Assembly: GCA_030264375.1 (NCBI GenBank)
Contig: JASCQW010000027.1
Span: 56,731,487 to 56,795,006 of the forward strand
Length of the DNA stretch: 63,520 bases
From: Carcharhinus longimanus
Taxonomy: Eukaryota
Reading direction: 5' to 3'
Shown here piece after piece: positions 1-13,829 of this stretch. The stretch's first letter is position 1. The number at the start of each line of letters is the position of its first letter. The notes below the pieces were generated by a model that saw only the letters and a program-made list of their open reading frames with translations, did no database searches and had not been told where the DNA came from. The translations under genes and the position numbers were made by a program.

Positions 1-737
1 CTCGTGAACTGTAGAAAAGCAATGGATTGACCAAGTAATTACTCTGCTGTCGCTTTTAGTAGAGTTGTGGATAGCTGAACGCTGTATTGATTTGAAAGAA
101 TTGGAGTAAGATAGAGATTTTATAACTACCTAATTCACGTGGAGATGAGCTAGAATGCAGATCAGGGAGATAGAAAAATGAAATCAGTTTGAAAATAGGA
201 GCCGAGATGACAACTATAGAGTAAAATGTCAGGCCACAAAACTTGGCATACCACTCACAATACATTCCAAGTGCACTATTTTCATGCAAATATTAGTCTG
301 TTTAAAATAACTAAGTAAACAACTACCTACAGACAACCGGCACGATTGTATTTAAGCAAATTAAATGTGAGCTTTGTTGATCTTTGTATTGATTACTATT
401 CTAGGTATGTATACACAGATTTCCATGGTAATTACTCAACTTTGACAATCTGATATTACTTGAGTGTCAATATGCCTATTTTCCTTCAGTAGTTACATAA
501 CTAGATCACATATAACTCAATAACAAGATTAGCAAACATGCCAGCATAAAAATTCTGGCATGGCAGTTCTGACATTTGAAATGAGGCTGGCAGGACTCCC
601 ACCAAGCAGTCTGTTCGAGGGATGACCATGGTTGGATTTTCAGAGACCGATGGAGACGGGAACTGTGGTTGGTGAGCACGAAATTCCCCATTGCTGATCG
701 GTACACTTATTCACTGCCACCATCTCGTTCAGGAATC

Positions 738-841
738 ATAGAACATAGAACATTACAGCGCAGCCCAGGCCCTTCGGCCCTCGATGTTGCGCCGACCAGT
801 GGAACCAATCTAATGACCCTCTAACCTAAACTATTCCAATG
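738..841 (-). mobile_element. CR1-type LINE 3' tail fragment, truncated by a gap
   Basis: Reverse of the (CATAGAA)n tail and the GGCCCTTCGGCCC...GTTGCGCCGA 3'UTR motif also seen at the end of the CR1 at 4960-5045. Confidence 0.65.
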
Positions 842-941
842 NNNNNNNNNNNNNNNNNNNNNNNNNNNNNNNNNNNNNNNNNNNNNNNNNNNNNNNNNNN
901 NNNNNNNNNNNNNNNNNNNNNNNNNNNNNNNNNNNNNNNNN
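842..941. other. Assembly gap (100 N)
   Basis: N run; other gaps at 12045-12061, 18155-18254, 37132-37134 and 49139-49238. Confidence 1.
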
Positions 942-1679
942 GAAGGAGAATAGAATTTGGGAGGCCAGCAGAGAATGTAATGAATAGTTAAGGCTGGAGG
1001 TAACAAAGATACAGAGCTGAGGCAAAGGCAATGACACAGTATTTTACAGATGTAAAATATGCAGTTTATGTGACGGCACAAACAAGCTCATCTGTTCTAG
1101 TTTATCCACATAACTAAAGTCCCTCACTCCAGAACAATTCTTGTCTGTGTTCTCTGCACCCTCTTTAAAACTTTCACATCCTTTCTAAAGTGCAGTGCCT
1201 AATATTTCAGATGAGGCCAAACTAATATTTTTAGTAACTTCCTTATTTTTATACTCAGTTTCAAAGCTCACTTGAGAACTAAATTCTGAGATATTCAACT
1301 ACCTTAAACCTTGCAACCTATGGTGAACCTTTTGCTTTATAAGACTTTCAGTTCAGCTTTAAATAATTAACTCCATTCAAGGAACCACAGGCCTACCACG
1401 TTAGAGACCAGAAATTGTAAATCAGAGATTGAATTAGCAGTAATTTGTAGAAGTGCACTATCTCTATCTGTATAAAATGTGTGTGCGTGCATGAAACTGA
1501 ACATGTGATGTTGCCTTAATTCAGGATGAGCATGCAAGAATAAATAATCTTTATTTTAAACTCACAAGAAACTTGCTACTGAACTTTTAAGTGGAATACA
1601 CATTCCAAGTGTAAAACAAAATACACTTCTTTCCATACAAACCATACTAATTATGAGCAATAAGAGAGCAAATACATTC

Positions 1680-1805
1680 TGGGTGGGATTTTCTGGTCGT
1701 GCTCATGCTCTGGCAAAAACTACCTGAGGTCAACGGACCTTTGAATGATTCGTCCTCCCACCTACTATGGTTCCGGTGGCAGACCGGACCAAAAAAATTC
1801 CCCCT
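1680..1805. mobile_element. MITE-like non-autonomous element
   Basis: Imperfect terminal inverted repeats GGGTGGGATTTT...AAAATTCCCC; related copies at about 10340-10463, 13701-13830, 28600-28720 and 34395-34517. Confidence 0.55.
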
Positions 1806-2260
1806 CTGTCCATGACAAGACTATTAACTTTTCAGAAATAAACTTAACATTAAAAAAAACTCCACAGTGACTCAATAGCAGCTTCCATTGTGCTGATGTC
1901 AGTGTAGAGTTTTTAAGATCTTGCTCCCTGATACTCATGGTCCTGTAGGTCCAGTGTTGGGTTTACTTTCTGTCTGTCCCTCTTGCATACCAGGAGGTCC
2001 ACTCTTGGGTTTAACTTTATCCCCAGTTGCCCCTTTTTTGCCCCTTTTTTTTCGGATCCCTTCTCAAAATTAAAAGATGCCAAAAAAATACTGTGTTCAA
2101 GAAGACCATGGACCATGCTGGATTACCTGATGTCCACTACGTCAGCAATAGGGGCTCTGCTGGAACTCCATCCTGGGTGCTCTTTATTCATTCAACTGAT
2201 GTGAGTGTAGTCGTTAAGCCAGGATTTGTTGTCTATCCCAAGTTTTTTTGTACCACACGT

Positions 2261-2576
2261 GGCGGCACAGTAGCACAGTGGTTAGCACTGCTGCTTCACA
2301 GCTCCAGGGTCCTGGGTTCGATTCCCAACTCGGGTCACTGTCTGTGTGGAGTTTGCACATTCTCCTCATGTCTGCGTGGGTTTCCTCGGGTACTCTGATT
2401 TCCTCCCACAGTCCAAAGAAGTGCGGGTTAGGTTGATTGGCCATGCTAAGAAATTGCCCCTTAGTGTGCAGGGATATGTAGGTTAGAGGGATTAGTGGGT
2501 ATAGTATATGGGGGTAGGGCCTGGGTGGGATTGTGTTCGGTGCAGACTCGATGGGCCGAAGGACCTGATTCTATGA
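2261..2576 (+). mobile_element. HE1-like tRNA-derived V-SINE, full length
   Basis: A/B-box tRNA head (GGCACAGTAGCACAGTGG...GGTTCGATTCC), V-domain TGTCTGTGTGGAGTTTGCACATTCTCC, CR1-like tail GATTCTATGA. Confidence 0.9.
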
Positions 2577-2700
2577 AACCGGAGGAAGCCCACGCAGACA
2601 TGGGGAGAATGTACAAACTTCACACAGACAGGCACTTTAGCCAGGAATCAAACCCGGATCCTTGGCACTGTGATGCAACAGTGCTAACCACCGTGCCGCC
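2577..2700 (-). mobile_element. HE1-like SINE 5' part, inverted against the preceding copy
   Basis: Reverse complement of the SINE head (..GTGCTAACCACCGTGCCGCC). Confidence 0.85.
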
Positions 2701-2809
2701 TCCTGGTCAATGAGATCTGGAATTCATTCCCTGACCTTCGAAAGCTCCTGTTCTCATTGTCCAATTTAAGACTCTCCTTAAAACACACCTCTTTGAAAAA
2801 GCTTTTCAT

Positions 2810-3600
2810 CGCCCATGCAAAGATATCTTTGTGCCGTCTGGGCTCCGACGTTGATATTGTTCTGCGTGTTCGTCATTGCAAGTAAATCGATGCAAATCTT
2901 CATCGTGGGACACAAGAAACCACCCGGGAGTTCTCCATCTGACGTTAGGATCCAAGAGCCAAAGAGTTGGGAGACAATGTGCTCTGGATAATCCTTAACT
3001 TTCATTTTAAAACAAACAATTGACCACCAGAAGTAGCTAAATAGCCTTTATTTTACACTCATCTTGAATAAGCGAAGTATGCCCAGTGCTATCAGAGCAA
3101 TCCCAATTATACTCACAGACGAAATGTTGCAATTAACAGAAACAGTATGATACTAACAGTCAGCACATTATTCGTTGGTAGAGTTAGCACACAAACAAAC
3201 ATCCTCCATCAACTCCCTCAAACGGCGATTTGAATATTTGAAAAGGATTTGACATCACGAATGAATGTCCCCGTTGCGGCCCACAGGGGCCTGACCGCGA
3301 TTTGACAAAGAGCAGCAGCCAGAGACCGAGCGGGCAAGAAGTGACTGCGGGTAGGGGAGACTTGCTGTAGAGTTAGAGCGGCACCGTGTGGCCAAGAGTG
3401 GGAGAGGCGGCAGTCCCAGTCTCTGTCACAGGGTCCATTCTGAACAAATTGTAATTCTTCTGGAAGTGTTGATCTCCTGTGAAAATAATATACAAAAATC
3501 TCTTTGGAACCAGACAATAGATGGCATTTCAAACGATTGTATCAATGCGGGCACAGTGTGTCTGCATAAGTCGCTCTTTTGAGAGTCGCTGCAGGTAAAC
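2810..3600. promoter_or_regulatory. CpG-retaining non-repetitive segment, candidate enhancer or promoter
   Basis: Many CpGs against a CpG-depleted background; paired-domain-like ATCACGAATGAAT (3254-3266); Sox-like ACAAAG near 3305; donor-like CAG/GTAAAC near 3595. Confidence 0.35.
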
Positions 3601-3603
3601 CAG

Positions 3604-4115
3604 CGCTGTGGCACAGTGTCTCACAATTCCAGGGATCTGGGTTGGATTCCTGGCTTGGATCACACTTTGTGTTGAGTTTGCACGTTCTCCCCGTTTTTCC
3701 TGGATTTCCTCTGGTTTCATCGCTTACTAAATTGATCCTTTGTGTCACAAGATATGCAACTAAGGAGAATTGGCCTTGCTAAATTGCCCCCTAGTGTCCA
3801 CAATGTGCAGGGCAGTAGAATCGGCATATGAAATTGCCCCTTATTGTCCCATGATATACAGTTTAGATCGATTGACAAAGCTAAACTAACCCTTAATCTT
3901 CCAAGATATGTAGGTTGGATGGATTGGCCATGTTAAATCGAACCCTGGTGTCCAAAGATGTGCAGTTTAGGTGGATTGGTCATGCTAAATTGCCAATTGT
4001 TATCTAGAGATGTGTTGGTTGGCTGGATTAGCTATAGTAATTGCTATGGGGGTAGATGCTTTTTCCAAGACCCGGTGCTGACTTGATTGGCCAATGGCCT
4101 CCTTCTGTACTGTGG
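3604..4115 (+). mobile_element. HE1-like SINE with an internally amplified unit
   Basis: SINE head and V-domain, then about 5 degenerate repeats of GGATTGGCCATGCTAAATTGCCCC..GTCCAAAGATGTG. Confidence 0.8.
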
Positions 4116-4566
4116 GGATACTTTGGCCTCCAGTCCATCCTCTGCACAAAAACCTGGTTGATCTTCTAGCTCTGCTTCACATTCTGCTAATTCTCAAAAA
4201 TGCATGGGCCTCTGTGTAGCGAATCCCAAAGTCCTCCAACTGATTTATCCAGTCTCAGTCTTCATTCAGAGACTATTAATCCGTGTTCCAGAATCTACAC
4301 AAAGGGGGAGAGAAAGCTTATCAACATTTACCCTGAACGCCCAGCCAGTATCTTGCATATTTTCATGAGATTACCACATACTATTCTGGACCCCAGGGAA
4401 TACACACTCAGCTCACTCAGCGACGTAGAAGCCTCAAAGACATAAACATTACTGTTAAAGTACAGCCACCTCACAATAACTCCTAACAATCTGATTCATC
4501 AAAAATACATTAACTTTGTCATTAGTTGCAAATGCATGAACACGGCACTGAAGTTACTGTGAAAAA

Positions 4567-5045
4567 CGCTATCGAAGGAGGTTTACAAGGGTGTTGCCTG
4601 GATGGGGAGGCATGCCTAATGAAGATAGGTTGAGGGAGATAGGCCTCTTCTCCCTGGAGAGACCAAGGTTGAGAGGCGACCTGATAGAGGTTTATAAAAT
4701 GTTGAGAGGTATAGGTAGGGTGGATTCTCGGAGGCTATTTCCGAGGGCTGAAATGGTCGCTATGAGAGGACACAGGTTTAAGGTGCTGTGGAACAGGTAC
4801 AGAGGAGATGTCAGGGGTAAGTTTTTCACTCAGAGGGTGGTGAGTGAATGGAATCGGCTGCCATCGGTGGTGGTAGAGGTGAATTCGCTGGGGTCTTTCA
4901 AGAGACTTCTGGATGAGTACATGGGATTTAATGGGATTGAGAGTTATAAATAGGCCTGGTAGGTATGGATATGATCGGCACAACTTGTGGGCCGAAGGGC
5001 CTGTTTGTGCTGAAGTGTTCTAAGTTCTGTGTACTATGTTCTATG
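4567..5045 (+). mobile_element. CR1 (HER1-like) LINE 3' end, 5'-truncated
   Basis: ORF 4591-4953 (GLFSLE.RLRGDLIEVYK...FFTQRVV.EWNRLP) is the CR1 ORF2 C-terminus; TTCTATG tail. Confidence 0.92.
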
Positions 5046-5089
5046 TGCACTTGTGATGTCAAAACATACACGGCTTTAGATCAAGTGAC

Positions 5090-5600
5090 TGCTCCTTCAC
5101 TGGCAGAGGAATAGAGTACAAAAGATGGGATAGAATGATGACCATGTACAAGACATTGGTGAGGCCACAAGTGGAACATTGTGTGTAGATCTGGTCATGA
5201 TGTTACAGGATGACATCTTTGCTCAGGAGAGAGTGCAGAACAGCGTGACAAGAATGCTTCCAGAGCTGGAGAATTGTAGCAATGAGGAGAGATTGGAGAG
5301 GTTGGGTTTGTTTTCCATCGGGAGAGGTTGGGTTTGTTATCCACTGAACAGAGAAGGATAAGGGGTGACAATATTGAGGTACACAAAATTCTGAGGGGTG
5401 GAGATGAAATGGAGAGGAATAACCTGTTTCCCTTGGCAGAGCGATCAAAAAACAGAGGTCACAGATTTAAGAGAAGTGGCATTATCTGTGGAGGCGATCT
5501 GAAAAGAAGTTTTATTTTATGAAGAGGACGGTGGGAGTGTAGAATTCGCTGCCCGAATTGTTGACGGAGGGAGAGACCCTAAACTCTGATTAGTAAAAAA
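5090..5600 (+). mobile_element. Degenerate CR1 LINE fragment
   Basis: Frameshifted ERVQ..VTRMLPEL...RGDNIEVHKIL...RGHRFK. Confidence 0.85.
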
Positions 5601-5616
5601 CAACTGGAGCTGCACC

Positions 5617-5945
5617 ATAAGATGTATGCCTCAATTAGGTCACCTCTCAACCTCCTTCTATCTAACAAAAACAACCTCAAGTCTCTCAAACTTTCCTCAT
5701 AAGACCTCCCCACCATACCAGGCAACATCCTGGTAAACCTCCTCTGCATCCTTTCCAATGCCTCCACATCTTTCTTATAATGCGGCGACCAGAACTGTAC
5801 GCAATACTCCAAGTGCGGCCGCAGCAGAGTTTTGTACAGTTGCAACATGACGTCACGGCTCCGAAATTCAATCCGTCTACCAATAAAAGCTAACACACCG
5901 TACGCCTTCTTAACAACCTTATCAACCTGGGTGCCAACTTTCAGG
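5617..5945 (-). mobile_element. CR1 LINE fragment
   Basis: LYKTLLRPHLEYCVQFWSPH...LERMQRRFTRMLPG. Confidence 0.92.
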
Positions 5946-6263
5946 GAGTCATTCTCAGCAAAGCTGGGTTGGGATGGAATGTTCAGTGGAGGGGTTGCCT
6001 TTCCATGATCGTGGCCAGATAGCTAAGGACTTTCCTTTTTTTTAAAGCCTTCTCTTCAGTGGGCACCTCCACTGTGCCATCTTGCTATCTCTCTATTAAT
6101 GCTGAAGATATCAGAAGCTCCCACCTTCGACATTGGGGCTGCCAATGTGTCACTGTGGGACGGCTTTCTATTGGTTCTCCAACCTCGTGAGCCCAACCCT
6201 CATTCTTAATTGGGTAGCAAGCATGCCATCTCACCACTAATTAGCCAATCCAGCTACAATTGA

Positions 6264-6395
6264 TAAAGGCAAAATACTGCAGATGCTGCAACCTGGAATA
6301 AAAACAGAAAATGCTGGAAAATCTCAGCAGGTCTGACAGCATCTGTGGCGAGAGAATGGAGCCAACGTTTCGAGTTTGAATGACCCTTCTTCAAA
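6264..6395 (-). mobile_element. Short Penelope-type element with a degenerate hammerhead motif
   Basis: ACAGAAAATGCTGGAAAATCTCAGCAGGTCTGACAGCATCTGTGG shared with about 30355-30454 and 53250-53376; minus strand reads TTGAAGAagggtc...ctcGAAAcgtt. Confidence 0.6.
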
Positions 6396-9300
6396 AATTG
6401 AGTCAGTTTACTGCTTTGGACATGGTACGGGATCAGGACTTGCATTTGACTCCAGTTCTCGAGGTTCCAACTCAAAAATGAAAAATTCTACCTCATGTCC
6501 AAAAACCCAGGGTCAAGCTTCTTTGCAAAAATAGTGGCAAACACCAATGTGAGTTATGGTGACATGAGGTGTCATCCCATGGTGACACCAGAATCTTGAA
6601 ACAAGCCCCACCTAGCGAGGGAAGCTAGATCAATGAAGAAGGGTTGTCAAGACAATTTGACCAAAGTGAGTGAAGAGATAAAGCCTAATCCTGTGTTGAT
6701 CCCTTGCTGTTGTGTTACAATACGAACAGTAATCAATTTCTCACGGATCATCTGAATTTCTGCTCCTGATTGTTAAACCAGAGATCCCTGCTACAAAATC
6801 AATGAGTGGAAGATATGATTGAGCTTGGATCTGATCCAGTCCAGTTGAATATCCTGTTGACATTCACAGTCTGGGCTCACACAATGAAAACTGGTCACAA
6901 GGTGAATGAGTGGAGAGCTGCCAGGAAAGGAATGACATCACAATAATTAGGCAGAGATTAAGGGGGGGAAATTAAATATGCTTGTGATTGTCTCCTGCAG
7001 GCAAATCCTGCTTTCTGAAGGAATACAGCATAAACATTGATTTCCAGAAATTCAAATGTAATTGCCACCATGGGGCAAGCAGGTTAGGGAGAGGGCTTCA
7101 ATATCAATGCAAAATAATCCCTTTGCACCATCTCAAGGGCAATCAGGGAGGACAACAAATGCTGGCCTCGCCAGTGACACTCACATGCCACAAAAGAATG
7201 TTTTAAAAGCCACATAGTTGGCAGAAGGAATTTTTGATCCAAATATAGAAGGGGAAAATCATTGTTATTTTCTTTAATATTTCAATAATCTAATGCCAAA
7301 GCAAACCAACCTCCATTTTTAAGATTTAGAATTGTATAAACAACACAATTCCCCAAAACAATGCCAGCTAAAGCCAGAGACTGGAAACATTACGTTGTGG
7401 TTTCTCTTTTCCTGTAACATGGATTGTACACACAGTAGCATACATTGTCACGCCAAATTTACAAAATTATGCAAAAGAATAATTCTGGCTTTCATTTAAA
7501 CTGAGATACTTGTGGAGAACTAAACTTTGTTTTGTAGCAGTGGAGGGGTAGTCAAGAGGCTAGGGAATGAGGTCGAAACAACAGCTGACTTTGACATTCT
7601 TTTGGTGCCCAAACCACAGCTGGGAGTAGACTTCTGAATTTAATCCAATGAGAACTGATGAATCAGTCTGTGAAAACACAAACCACACCTCTTCAAAGTT
7701 CAGCTTTTCCCCACCCACACTGTTCATTCCAATAAACTTCTTGGCCATTCAGAGGAAAACTGTACAGTATTCCAGAGCTCCCTGATCACAGCCATCCAGC
7801 AGTTCACATATCCCTAACTCACCGAGGTAAGAGACTGTCAAATTTTTATTTAGCATCTGTGGTTTTAAAATGACGATATCAGATTTCAAAATGGTTCTGT
7901 GTGGTTTTAATAATTTCTTTGCAAGTTTTCCTCTTTGGAGACCAGAATTGGTATTTCAAATTAAAACCATCACAGGAGTAAAGAAATAACATCTGAAAAG
8001 AATATCAACACTGTTGAAATACTGAATATTTTACAAAGTGATAATTGGCTATGATAAACCAAGAATGAAAAGAGCACAAATAATCCATTTGCCTACTTAA
8101 CATTTAGAGAGACTTGTCCTTGTCACTAGGGAGAGAGGAAGATATAAAAAATTGCAATTAATAAATATCAATGTTGCAACTACCTATTATGCAAAACTCC
8201 ACAAATATTTTGCAGGGGATAAAACTGATTTTGACAGAATAGCATTAAAAATGTAATTAAACTATTACTTTGTTCTACTGGAAAGAACAGACCCATTTCG
8301 TTGTCACAGTGGCATAATGAACAAATGAAGCAATGACACGGAGTGACAACTGTTGACAGGATTAAAACTGATCAATATTATTTCATCTATGTTTACCAAA
8401 GAATTTTCTTTAAAGATGCGCTTAACAATAGAAAGCTTGCTGTATTGCTGGCTTGGAGGCAATTATGACATATACATCTACCAAATTCTGAAATAGGAAC
8501 TTCCTATCCTCTAACATTATATGGCGGAACAGGTTCGAAGGGCTGAATGGCCTACACCTGCTTCTACTTTCTTTGTTTCTACTGCGACCATAAAACTCCT
8601 TCTATTCAGCCACCTAACTTTCTGAAGCAATGATATCTCTGTGCTGTAGAAATGACGAAAAGAAAAATGTTAATAATATATGAGAGCGAAGCACTGGGAG
8701 CAATTCTACCTTCAGGTCTCCCTGCACTCTGATCATCACTCATTTTCCCATGTTATAAAATGAGCTTAGCTACTAAAACTACTTTGCAACCATTTCCCTG
8801 AAACTAGAAATCTTCACTCATCAGATCAATGTTTTGTCATTTTAACAAAAAATATAAAGGACGAACTTGAATTTTGAAGAACAAGGGTTAAACCATCAAT
8901 TTATTCTGGGTTACTAGCCAAAAATGCCATTCTTTAATTGAAAAATATGTCACTGACATAACTTTTTACATGGTTGTTTCAGTCCACTGCAGATTCCAAT
9001 ATATATTTATGTTTTTAAACCATTCAGAAGCATGAAAAGAATGAGATTATACAGAGCACTTTCCAGTAAAACAATGTGATGGTTTAATTATGTTTTTAGT
9101 GCTATTCTGTTAGAATCAGTTTCATCCTCTGCAAAATATTTGTACATTTGCATAATAGGTATTTGCAACATTGATATTTATTAGTTGCAACTTTTCAAAT
9201 CTTCTATGTCTCTGCTGAATGTGATAAATGATGATCTGTTACAGCAGAAAAATATTTTTGAATTACCAATGAAATGGCTTGTGCAGGACATTCATTGGCA

Positions 9301-9531
9301 CATTATTCTCTCCAACCTTGAGACTTGCACTTGTAGGTGATATTGAATCAGCCATAGATCTTACAACCTCATTCAGCTGGCCTTTTCCATTGACATTGGA
9401 AGGAATATTGCACAGGGTGTATAATAGGTTACTGCTCCATTATCAGCCATATTATATAATTGCCAAAGGTTAAAAATAGACATCTCGTATCCACTCGGTT
9501 ACTTGACCAAGCTTACTCCTCCACCCTCTGT

Positions 9532-9553
9532 AACACACACACACACACACACA
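9532..9553. repeat. (AC)n microsatellite
   Basis: ACACACAC run. Confidence 0.95.
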
Positions 9554-9884
9554 GTGCCATCAAGTCATCAGTCATGGCTAGGTCATCTCACGTAACAGAG
9601 AGCAATAGGAAAAAAGCAAAGTCAAAGTAAGTTTTCCCTACAATAGCATAGCACCTCTGAACAGCTAAACCAGGTGAACCATTGGAAATCATACCACTAG
9701 AACACTCATCAGCTGTTGCAAAAAGCCCAAAGGCAAAATAGCAACTGAATTGAGAGAATCTACTGATGAGGGAGTAAAGAAAAGAAGGAGTGAATGGTGA
9801 AGGAGGATAATACTTGTAGTTTAAAGGTTGATCAATTTTGAACAGTGCAGAAAACAAGGCTGAAGCATTTGCATCCACTTCAGC

Positions 9885-10730
9885 CATAAGTGCCAGATGG
9901 ATGATCCATCTCGTCCTCTTCCTGTGGTCCCTGGCATCACAGACCAACAGTGCTCAGCCAATTTGATTCACTCCATGTGATATCAAGAAACAGCTGAAGG
10001 CATCAACTGCAGCCAAAGATGTGTACCCTGGCAAAGTCACATCAAGAGTACTGGAGACTTGTCCATGCCCAAACCCAGCTGTTTCAGTACAGCTACAACT
10101 GGCATCTACCCAACAATTTGGAAAATTGCCCAGGTATTTCCTGTCTACAAAAAGCATGACAGATCCAATTGTTGATTGTTACAAAATGTTCACCACCATC
10201 TGCAACTCCTCAGATGCTGAAGCAGTCTGTGTCCATATGTAGCAAGACCTGTACAACATTAAAGCTTGCGCTGTTAAGTGGCAAGTAACATTTATGTCAC
10301 AAGTGCCAAACAATGACCATCTCCAACCAGAGAGAATCTGGGTGGGATTTTATGGCTGCATTTGACCTGAGGCCAGAAAATCCTGCCCAAGGTCAACGGG
10401 CCTTCCCATTGTCTGCCCTTCGTCAGCTCCGATTCCCATGGCGGTGGGGCAGTAGAATTCCAGCACCTAATTATTTCTTCTTGGCATTCCGTGGCAGTGC
10501 CATCACTGAATCCTCCATTATCAACATCCTGGGGGTTATCATTGACCAGAAATGTAAATGAACTAGCCCTATAAATACTATGGCTACAAGAGTAGGGACT
10601 GGGAATTGGGCAAGAAGTAACTCACTTCCTGTCTCCCCAAAACCGGTCTAACATCTGCAAGGTACAAGGTACTCATCCAATTGCCTGGATGAGTTGCAGC
10701 AACACTCAGAAGGCAGCACCCAGGACAAAG
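9885..10730 (+). mobile_element. Degenerate CR1-clade LINE (second family) with a MITE insertion
   Basis: Colinear with the 58830-60775 element (GGATGATCCATCTC, CAGTACAGCTACAAC..GGCATCTACC, ATGACCATCTCCAAC). Confidence 0.8.
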
Positions 10731-13700
10731 CAACAAATGACTCTTACGTCCCATAAAAGAATGAAAACCAATTTGTTCCCCTTGGCTGTTGCAGGCTTTC
10801 AGCATGCAAATGCCATAATCAATGAAGTTAAAAATTTGGGATATGGAAGCCCTGTTTTTAGCTCAGGGCACATTCAAGGCAAGCTGAGAATGGATGAGGG
10901 AGACCCCTTCAAACCCCTTGGCATGAGACCCTGACCATTTTAGCTCCCATGTTTCATTCTGATAGTTTAAATGTGTCTCTCCACCTGGAACTAACAGATA
11001 TATCAGTTGTTATGAGTGAAAGTTGGATCTGGACACTGCTAGGGATGAAAGAAACTGCACCCAGCAAATTCAAACATGTAGTAATGGAGTTTTGAGTTGG
11101 TTGTAGCTGGAGGAGATTGGGGGAGAAAACAGAGAGCAAAGGAAGCCTTTTGGCATCTTGGACCACAAGAAGTCTTTCAAAAATTAAAACATTCTTACTT
11201 ACAGGGTATTTCTGGCCCAATGCTGCTTGTCAGCAGCTTTTAGTGAAATGAGAGAAGGAACAATACAGCAGTGTAGTGGGTTACTTCCTGGCTGCCATTT
11301 TAACCCATCCATCTGCAACACTACTGCTGAGTGAACGAGGTTAAAATTGAGGTCTATATTTTTCAAAAATGTGAGTCAAGTGGAATATTTGCCCAAAATA
11401 TTAATTAATTTGATTTGAATTAGAACTAAACAAATATCTTAACATATACCTACCAATTTTTATTTCATTCTGAAAATTATTCTGAGCTGTGTAAGTCAGC
11501 CAGGAGTTAAGAACTAGAATAGTTTGTCCCTGGTGTAAGAAGAAAGGTGGAGGACTGAGGCATTCCTGCTGATGAGCAAGTTTTCCAGAGGTGGGACTGG
11601 ATGTGAATCAGCAGCCCACCAAACAGAGGAGGGCAGCCAATTTAAGTGATCAAAGATCCTATTAAGGATGATTTTCCCAGGCTGCTGACATTTTACTGAT
11701 AGGTGAGTGGACCTCTGCCATGTGGGGTGACATCAAACTACTTGGAGGTGGCCTCCCTCTGGCTGTTCATGAGGTAATTGAAGCTAGAGGCCCCACACCT
11801 CAAAGATGGAGCTGTGGGAAAACAAAACAGGCCCCTTGGCCCGATGGGTTTTCTAGAGGGCCTGCTTTGGCCCCTCAAATTTTAATTTTATATTTACCTT
11901 TCTGAGGCAATCTCCACATTGATGCACTTAATCCTTGACCTGCCCCAACAGCACCCACCTCTCTCCACTGGCCCTGTGATTGGATTAACAGCATCAGGAG
12001 CCCTCCTGCCACCCTTAATTGGATGACAAGCCTGAAGGCCTCGTNNNNNNNNNNNNNNNNNCCTGCCCCACTACCCCCAAGTGTATGAATAGGATTCCCT
12101 TTTCATCCCAACATTGGGCCTCCAAAGCCAGTGATAAAATTCTAACCAAAGTATCAGGTTTGGCTCCATTTGAATCACAAGGGGTTAGAACAAAGCTGAA
12201 TAGTAATAGTTGCAAGGGAAATATGTTCAAGAATAGAGAATCGTGGAGTAAATTTTGAAATGCCGTGTTACGGATTGAAGATGGTCAAGGCATGTGATCT
12301 GCGTCACTCCTAATTTTCTGCCGATATTTATTTTCAGAAATTTTAGAAGGCCATAAATTGGGGTGAACAAATTTCAAGACTGGATTCTCTAGTATGCTCC
12401 CACAGAGTCGCAAACCATTTACCCTTACATTTGTGCAATGCTGATCTTTGCAATGTTGGAAAAAAATGACAGAAGCCATTGTTGCCCTGAAAGCTCCAAT
12501 TATTCAGTTCACCCAAAGAGTTTTGTCAAAATTTGTGTTCACTATGATTAAGGACAACATAAAGTTGTGATCAAGCAATTTCTTTTGATTAATTGTTCAA
12601 GTAAACTAACTATTTTATAAGCACTCTTGATACCAAACAAATAGGTAACAGTTATTAAGTAAGAGAATATAATTTTGCATAAAACAGCAATTTGGTTGAG
12701 AAGTAAGTTAGAATACAGAAATGAGCTATTTAATACTTCCTCTACTGAAACAACAGTCCCAATCCCAACAGTCTGCATATTCCAATATCCCAATATTCTC
12801 CTCTCTTTTCATTTTTTTTCTGGGAAATGCTTGATTTTAATTTTGTTCTGGTGAAGAATTGTACACTGCACAAATTAAATCAGTACCAAAGAATATTTAT
12901 GGATCATGAGTCCTTAAAAACTCCAACTAATGTTGACTTCCAAGAATTTTCCACTGATAGGTTACAAATCATATCTTGGTAATCTTACAGCAAGACACTG
13001 AAGTCATAGATTTATTAATATATATATTGATGTTCATTATTGGCAGCCATAGAAGACAGGCATGCTTTTCAGGTCTGTACTGGCTGCTGGCAGATACCAT
13101 ATCTTGTAAAATTAAGCAGTATTTCTCAGAAAAAGCAGAAATACCCTGGAGAAATTTTTGGATTATTTTACCCTTCAAGTTTTCTCTCCTCCTCAGTGTT
13201 ACTGTGTAGACCTTTTGGCTCCAGGTGCTCTCTGCTACCTCATCCAGGTGTGAATCTAGACATAAGGGGTTGAAAAACTTTGGCCTCCAATATTTGGATC
13301 CAAGTTGGAAAGCAGGCCTAATGAGGGAACGGGCTGATCTGAGTCCTGCTGGCTGCCATTTCTCTATAGTCATTACCCATGATGATGGAGGAGATGTGAG
13401 TAAGGGAGGGTTTACTCATACCCTTGAAGACCAGGTGAACCTGAAATATGATCCACCAATTAATATTAGTGGGACACACACTAAGCCTCAGTCCTCAACT
13501 GGCATCCACACATCTACAAGATTCATTGGCTAATGATCAGGATTGAGGACATTAGCCAGCTATTTGCCTCGCTAACTTCATGATGTTAAGGTACATAAGT
13601 TAAGGCTACACCACTAAAATCTGTCAAAAAAAACTACTCATTATTTGTATTCTACGAATGTAACGATGAATATTCAAATATCACCACTGCTATTCACACA

Positions 13701-13829
13701 GAGGACTGAATTACCCCGTCCCCTTCGTCACGGGAATCATAGTAGGTGAGGAATGGATCACGCAAAAGTCGGTTGATCTTGGGTGGGATTTTCCAGTCTT
13801 GGAGCGAGCGTGGCTGGAAAATCCCACCC

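Noticed and set aside
2261-2335. tRNA-like A/B boxes here and in other SINE heads
   Set aside because: They continue into SINE body and tail; not standalone tRNA genes.
3760-4040. Regularly spaced repeats resembling a CRISPR array
   Set aside because: Eukaryotic DNA; the units are degenerate internal duplications of the SINE with no unique spacers.
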